A DNA stretch of 64,000 bases from Octopus sinensis (Eukaryota), in contig NC_043023.1 in NCBI RefSeq assembly GCF_006345805.1, positions 18,662,001-18,726,000 of the forward strand. Direction: 5' to 3'. The notes under the pieces are model-generated. The model had not been told where the DNA came from and did not search any database. It saw only the letters and a program-made list of their open reading frames with translations. The position numbers and the translations under genes were made by a program. This document shows, piece after piece, positions 1 to 64,000 of this stretch (within the stretch, counting starts at the first letter, position 1; each line of letters begins with the position of its first letter).

Positions 1-141
1 TTATCGCCATCATCTTCATTGAATTATTCATCACCGCGATCTACTTTCCATCCCTTCCAGCATCTAATTTTTTTTTTAGCCAAAATTCTGTCATAAATAT
101 ATTCTATACAATTCCTTCTTTACTCCATTTTTCTGTTGCAG

Positions 142-55726
<55,585 letters not shown>

Positions 55727-55879
55727 GTAAGAATTTCATTTTCTATTTTCTTCCATAAATTGTTTTAATACAGAGATGCAACAGCCATCATTTAGTGGGG
55801 TTCTCACAGATTGGTAAGGTCGATGTGGTTGATGTCTGCAGGAAAGGCCATTGATGTGGAAACACACTTACCTAAATAC

Positions 55880-56235
55880 TCACGTACATACATAAGTATA
55901 TACGTACATACTTATATACATGCATACATACATACATGCGTATAGGCACGCACACATGCATACGCATGTACACATATGCATACGCACATATATGTACATA
56001 CACAAACATACATACAAACACACATACATACATACATACATACATACATACACACATACATATATACATACATATATACATACATACATACATATATATA
56101 CATACATACATACACACATGCATATATACATACATATATACATATATACATACATACACACATACATACATACATACATACATACATACATACATACATA
56201 CATACATACATACATACATACATACATACATACAT
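55880..56235. repeat. (CATA)n microsatellite at the RTE 3' end
   Basis: Direct inspection. Confidence 0.95.
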
Positions 56236-59200
56236 GCATGATGGCCGTCCACTCGTGACCGAGGAAGGCCATTGCCCACCTTCAGGAACATTGTGCACTC
56301 TAGGACTAACTTATATTTTGCATTTACGGCTCCGTTGGTGGCTAATTAGCCCTGCTCTTGACAAGCACACACGACTGCAAAAATTGCAGACCAAGCTTTC
56401 CCCATTCACTATACGAGCCGTGCGCTTTCGCGCAGCTCGCCTAAGTTCTTCATGCTGGATACGTACTCTCTCAAAAGTGTCGATCCCCTCCTTAACCTGC
56501 TCCCTCCATCTGTGGCGATGACAGGCATTGTTCTCCCAGTCAGTGTCCTGCATATCAAAGGCCTTTAACGAGGACTTAACACAGTCCTTAAATCGCAGCC
56601 TTGGTTTCTGCCGGAGTCTCCTTCCATTCACAAGTTCTCCATAGAGCATCTGCTTAGGAATCCTTCTATCCTCCATTCTAATAAGGTGTCCAGTCCAATG
56701 CAACCGGTGCTTGTGTACCATCGCCTCAATACTCAAGATATCAGCTGTCCTCAGGATCTGTGTGTCTGGAATTTTTGAGGTCCAGCCAACATTGAGAATG
56801 TGTCTGAGACATCTCTGATGAAAACGTTCAAGGACCCTTACCTGACGTTTGTACAGAGTCCATGTCTCACATGAGTAGATAAGCACCGTCAGTACACAAG
56901 CACGGTACACAGCATATTTTGTTCTCCTTGAGATGCCATGTTGGGACCAGACACGAGACTGAAGAGACCGGAAGGAATTTGTTGCTCTCTGCAACCTGAA
57001 AGATATTTCCTCATCCAGGGAGCAAGAACGGCTGAGTGTGCTGCCCAGGTAGACACACTTGTCTACTACCTTCAGAATTGTTCCTTCAACCAAGATAGCT
57101 GGTTCTATATATGGATTTCCTGGTGCAGGCTGGAACATTACAACAGTCTTGTCCAGGCTAATGCTGAGTCCAAATGCCCTGCAAGAAGCAGAAATGCAAT
57201 TCATGAGTATTTACATGTCATCCACTGTATGAGTGACTAAGTCACAGTCATCTGCATAAAGGAGGTCACGAATAATAGACTGGGAAACCTTTGAATTGGC
57301 AGCAAATCGGCGAAGATTAAAGAGGCGGCCAGAAGATCGATATCTGACATATATTCCCATAGAGCTAACCTTAGCAAAAGCAATATTTGCCAGAACCTTG
57401 CCAGCAGCTGATAGTAGAGCAATACCTCTGTAGTTACCACACATTGTTCTGGCTCCTTTTCCTTTATATAGAGGAAGAATAATTGCATCCTTCCAGTCCT
57501 TAGGTATTGCACCATCCCTCCAGACTGCACTAATAAGTTCATGAAGGGACTGTGTGATGCAATTACCACCAAATCGCAAGACCTCAGCACAAATTCCATC
57601 CTTTCCAGGTGCTCTACCAAGATTCAATTTACTTATTGATGTCATTACTTCATGTATTGATGGCGATGAGTGTAAGGAGTCAATGATAGGTCTTTGTTTC
57701 ATAGTTTCAATCACTGTTTCATCCACAACTGACTCATGGTTTAGGAGTTCAGAGAAGTGTTCGATCCAGCGACCTGTGATTTCTGTTGATTTAGTAAACA
57801 GAGTGAAAGACTCCTTGGAAAGCAAAGGAGCTGATGTGGAGCTCTTAGGTCCATAAGCTCGCTTCATAAGATGGTAAAGCTTCTTGCTGTCATTTGCATC
57901 ATCAGCAGCCTGAACATCACGAGCAAGATCCTCCCACCAAGTGTTCTGCATCTTCCTGAGAGATCGCTGCAGTAGTGATTTTACACTGTTATAGTGGGCA
58001 AGTGCTAGACTTCGCTGCACAGTAGACAGTTCTCTGTGCAACAACACACTGTGGGCATGGCGCTTCACCACTAATAGTCGTTGAATTTCAGCATCATTCT
58101 CATCAAACCAGACTCTGTGTCTGGCAGTAACATACCCCAGTGTTTCGGCTGCACATTGAACAACCTGGTCTCGAAAATCTTCCCATCCTGCAGCAGTTTC
58201 AATGCTGGACAAGCGCGTCTGAAGCTCTTTCCTAACCACAACATCATATACCTTGTGGACATTTAGACGGCGAGGAATGCTGACTGGTCCTCTTCTCTCT
58301 TTCCCTCTAATCACCATTCGGAACTTTGCTCGCACCAGACTGTGGTCCGTCCAGCATTCTGATCCATGCAAGGACTTGACATTACAAATGTCATAAATGT
58401 CACGCTTGCGGATGATGACGTAATCCAGCAAGTGCCAAACTTTGGACCTTGGATGCATCCATGTTGTTGTGTGATCACCTTTGTGCACAAAATGAGTACT
58501 TGCAATGTAAAGTCCGTGTTCTTCGCAAAGCTCCAGTAGCATAAGACCATTGCTATTCATTTTTCCTACACCAAAATGTCCTAGAGAGTTCCATGTTTGC
58601 CAGTCTGTTCCTACTCTGGCATTAAAATCCCCCAGTAGAATGATTTTATCAGAATTGGGGATTTTTCTAAGTATGGCTCTCAGCTGGCTATAAAAGATTA
58701 TTTTATCTTCATCACAGCTAGTCAAAGTAGGTGCATAGGCACTTATTAGAGTAGCAAACCGCTTACCTTTCAAGTGCAACCGTAGGGTCATTATACGTTC
58801 ATTTATAGGAACAGGGAGCTCTTCCAACTTCTTCAGGATATCAGATCGGACTGCAAAACCAACACCAGCCTCTCTGCGCTCCTCCTTCTGCCTTCCTTTC
58901 CAAAAAAAGGTGTATCCGCCTCCTACTTCCTCAAGCTGACCATCACCTTCTATACGAGTCTCTGAGAGTGCAGCTATATCAATTTTATAATGGTTCAGCT
59001 CACGAGCAACAAGTGCAGTGCGTCTTTCTGGCCTGCAGTCATTCTTGTTGTCCAACAGAGTACGCACATTCCAACATGAAATGTTTAAGTTCCGTCCAGA
59101 TTTTATAGATAAAAGACTCTTTGTTTTTCGAGCGCAGAGTGGACATCCGTCAGTCGCGCTAAACTGACCAGATATGGAAAGACAGGCAATTTTTGGTTCA

Positions 59201-60027
59201 CCTTCTCTAGAATCTCCCCGGTCTCCGGGTGAGCAGTGCCCTCTCCAAATGGAGCTGCTCAGACACCCATGCAGCAACCGAATCCTACCGCTGTCTTGGG
59301 CGAAAAAGAGACGACTTTATATCTAGCATGGGCCGCCTAAGTGCAGGTCGCTGACTACATGCTTCCAACCCGTCAGGTCTGCATGCTTCACCACCTTCCC
59401 ATCGCCGCAGGACTTCCGAATAAAATAAATATATATATATACTAAAAATGAAGAAAATATATACTAAAAAAGGATAGATATATATAGGAAAAAAAAAGGT
59501 CGGCAATGCCTGTGCAGAGTTTTAGGTCCAATAAGGCTTGCACAACAACTCATAGACCCTCTCCACTCTATTGACATTATCCAGAGACAAGCCGGAGCAA
59601 GATGTCTGGTGCCAATATGTGTCGCAGGCTCAGGGATGTGGGAGCGCCGTGATCTTTAGCACAAACCAAAGATCCCCAAAATGTTCAATGCCATTCCCTG
59701 CATATCTGGTTTTATATCAGAGTGACCTTCTCCTAGAGACGTGCTTTAACAAAAGCTGAGGGGCGCCTCACTCCCAGTGGTCTTTCGGCACGCCGGACAC
59801 CACCCCGGAATTTCTACGTACCCGTGCTAACATTTATTGGATGGCCGTTGACTCTCAAGAGGTCCTCCGCCCTTTGACGGGTTTTGTTTTTCATCCCGCA
59901 GGGTGTCCAATAAACACCCTCCTCACCAAGCAAGCTTGGTGGGGTTGCCAGTTTGGTCGCCGACGACCCGACCATGCAACAGATTGTACTGGGTTACATG
60001 TTACCAGTAGCACTCGAAGGTGACCTG
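56236..60027 (-). mobile_element. Near full-length RTE-clade LINE (APE-RT-C2H2), defective
   Basis: ORFs 59277-57211 and 57204-56311 are one frame split by TAA. Motifs: WNVRTL, ALSETR, ILLGDFNARVG, YADD, C-terminal CxxC..H. RT domains between GKVLANI and MGIYVRYR are deleted. Confidence 0.95.
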
Positions 60028-60074
60028 ACATACATACATATGTACATACATACATACATACATACATACATACA

Positions 60075-60106
<32 letters not shown>

Positions 60107-60462
60107 CACGCACATACATACGTACATATATACATACATACACACATACATACATACATATATACATACATATATACATACATACATATATACATACATA
60201 TATACATATATACATACATACATACATACATATACACGCACATACATACGTACATACATACATACATACATACATACATACATACATGCATGCATGCATA
60301 TATACATGGATGCATATACACGCACATACATACATAGATACATACATACATATATACATACGTACATATATACATATATACATACATACATATATACATA
60401 TATACATAGATACATACATATATACATGCATACATATATACATACATACATACATACATACA

Positions 60463-60496
<34 letters not shown>

Positions 60497-60742
60497 CATA
60501 CATACATACATACATATACACGCACATACATACGTACATACATACATACATACATACATACATACATGCATGCATGCATATATACATGGATGCATATACA
60601 CGCACATACATACATAGATACATACATACATATATACATACGTACATATATACATATATACATACATACATATATACATATATACATAGATACATACATA
60701 TATACATGCATACATACATACATACATACATACATACATACA

Positions 60743-60776
<34 letters not shown>

Positions 60777-60870
60777 CATACATACATACATACATATACA
60801 CGCACATACATACGTACATATATACATACATACATACATGCATGCACACATACATATATACATATACACG
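60028..60870. repeat. (CATA)n microsatellite with an internal 280-bp duplicated block, at the RTE 5' end
   Basis: The catgcatgcatgcatatatacatggatgc block recurs at about 60286 and 60566. Confidence 0.9.
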
Positions 60871-61189
60871 CACAAAACCACTAGTAGGCAAATCAAACAA
60901 TGAAAAACTAAACCAAAACATAAAACTAAACATAATTAATATATTGTACAAAATATATAAAATATAAAATTTAAAACTTAAATTATTTAAATTTAAAATT
61001 TTTAATTTATATTTATAAATATTTATATTTTTTAAATATTTTTAAAATTTTGAATTAATAAATTTTTAAATTATTATTATTTTTTAAAAGAGAATATATA
61101 TAACTGTCAAAAAGTATTATATATATATACATAATTAGTCTATCTGTTTTCTATGCATTCTACTATCATCTCCTGTTACTTGATTACAG

Positions 61190-61310
61190 GGAATTATAAT
61201 TATAACCATCGACACCTACTGTATGATTGCAAGAGATAATGCACTTGGTGTTTTATATCTCATCCCGGTTACGATACGCTTCTTTTACATCACATCCACA
61301 CAAATTCAAT
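61190..61310 (+). other. Candidate downstream exon of the receptor gene (uncertain)
   Basis: Good acceptor (..ttgattacag) and donor gtatat; one open frame GIIIITIDTYCMIARDNALGVLYLIPV.., but its phase does not join TM1. Confidence 0.25.
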
Positions 61311-61327
61311 GTATATAAATTTAACAT

Positions 61328-61490
61328 AGGCGCAGGAGTGGCTGCGTGGTAAGTAGCTTGCTTACCAACCACATGGTTCCGGGTTCAGTCCCTTGGGAAA
61401 GTGTCTTCTACTATAGCCTCGGGCCGACCAAAGCCTTGTGAGTGGATTTGGTAGACGGAAACTGAAAGAAGCCTGTCGTATATATGAGTA
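61328..61490 (+). mobile_element. SINE family B, 5' half
   Basis: Head to microsatellite. Confidence 0.85.
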
Positions 61491-61800
61491 TATATATATA
61501 TATAAGTTCAGCAACAATTTAGATTCAAATGAATATGGTACTTAATTTAGATGCACCAGAATTTTGTATGGTGTTATCCATAAAAAATTTGCGGGGTGAT
61601 TATAATAAAAAATAAGCAACAAGAATGACTCCGGTAATTTGGTACAATTGTTTCGCACTACAACATTTTATTAAAAGTTTTATTAGTTTTTTTGAATATA
61701 AATTGTGTATGATTCTTCTGTAATTCATATGTTTAACGTATGGGGAAATAACAGATGACAATTGGGGTTATATATGAAACGTAAGGGCTTGGGTTATTTT

Positions 61801-62200
61801 ACTTTACTCTTTTACTTGTTTCAGTCATTTGACTGCGGCCATGCTGGAGCACCGCCTTTAGTCGAGCAAATCGACCACAGAACTTATTCTTTTGTAAGCC
61901 CAGTACTTATTCTATCGGTCTCTTTTTGCCGAACCGCTAAGTGACGGGGACGTAAATACACCAGCCTCGGTTGTCAAGCAATGCTAGGGAGACAAACACA
62001 GACAAACAAACACACACACGCATATGTATATATATGTATATACATACGACGGGCTTCTTTCAGTTTCCGTCTACCAAATCTACTCACAAGGCTTTGGTCG
62101 GCCCCTAGGCTACAGTAGAAGACACTTGCCCAAGGTGCCACGCAGTGGGACTGAACCCGGAACCATGTGGTTGGTAAACAAGCTACTTACAACACAGCCA
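61801..62200 (-). mobile_element. SINE family B
   Basis: Near-full copy. Confidence 0.9.
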
Positions 62201-62244
62201 CATTTTACTTTATTTTATACAAGTTTTTCTCGTTGTGTTTCCAG

Positions 62245-62297
62245 GTTCAAATTCTGGTAATAAAACAGATGTTGGAACAGCAGAGACGAGAACATAA
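62245..62297 (+). other. Candidate terminal exon (SNSGNKTDVGTAETRT*) (uncertain)
   Basis: Acceptor gtgtttccag; phase-compatible with the 61190-61310 candidate; AATAAA at about 62575. Confidence 0.25.
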
Positions 62298-62646
62298 TCA
62301 AGAATATAAAAAATTAATGTCTTTGAGAATCTTCTTTTCTTCTTATATTACATTAAACATGCTTGCATAAAAGAGAACTTCATTTTTATCTATCAATACA
62401 ACACTACGAAACTTAGACACTTTATAAATCGCAATGTACTTTAAACCTTCTTATTTTCTGTAACTCACAAAATCTAACATCATATGGTTTGATTTGTAAT
62501 TCTATAGATATTTTCTAACTGCCAATTTTCACTACTAATTTTCAATATAATCTTTAACTTTTATTAACGAAGAAATAAATGTGGTTTCTTAATACAATAT
62601 GTTTTGTTTTTATTTGAAACATCTTTATATTCTGCCCTAGGTTCAA

Positions 62647-62920
62647 GGCGGCGAGCTGGCAGAACCGTTAGCACGCCGAGCGAAATGCGTATCCGTATTT
62701 CGTCTGCCACTAGGTTCTGAGTTCAAATTCAGCCGAGGTCGGCTTTACCTTTCATTCTTTTGCGGTCGATTAAATAAGTACCAGCTACGCACTGGTGTCG
62801 ATATAATCGACTTAATCCGTTTCTCTATCCTTGTTTGTCCTCTCTGTGCTTAGCCCCTTGTGAGTAGTAAAGAAATAGGTATTTCGTCTGCCTTTACGTT
62901 CTGAGTTCAAATTCCGCCGA
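62647..62920 (+). mobile_element. SINE family C
   Basis: Full copy plus a partial repeat. Confidence 0.85.
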
Positions 62921-62924
62921 GAGA

Positions 62925-64000
<1,076 letters not shown>

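Noticed and set aside
55774-55815. AG..GTAAGG-bounded segment just after TM1
   Set aside because: No frame resembles TM2, and the in-phase frame has a stop.

Overview
AT-rich, repeat-dense animal genomic DNA. The SINE, LINE and Helitron families look most like an octopod cephalopod (Octopus sp.); this is an inference from recognition, not a database result. The + strand carries most of one large multi-exon gene that the ORF track misses. It has 13 tandem 72-nt, phase-2/phase-2 LRR exons (142-35042), an LRRCT exon, two exons encoding a 12-Cys Ly6/uPAR (three-finger) domain, four GAIN exons, a GPS exon (..CSCDHL|TSFALL) and a TM1 exon. This is an LRR-LU-GAIN adhesion-type GPCR. The signal peptide and LRRNT lie upstream of the window, TM2-7 exons were not found, and two 1-nt frameshifts (GAIN-A and TM1) are either assembly errors or real lesions. 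The introns hold tRNA-derived SINEs (about five families), non-autonomous Helitrons (TC...hairpin-CTAG, at A|T), RTE, CR1 and R4-like LINE pieces, Tc1/mariner and piggyBac remnants, and microsatellites. The most striking non-coding signal is a set of about nine type I hammerhead ribozyme motifs of the Penelope-like-element kind. Three pairs sit in long inverted repeats, so a sense-strand ribozyme in the pre-mRNA is preceded by its own antisense copy. Other highlights are a TSD-bounded SINE carrying a 3'-transduced piece of the LRR intron, and a LINE-derived 140-bp satellite with a 7-mer higher-order repeat. All translations, coordinates and folds were worked out by hand; repeat boundaries are approximate (about +/-10 nt).
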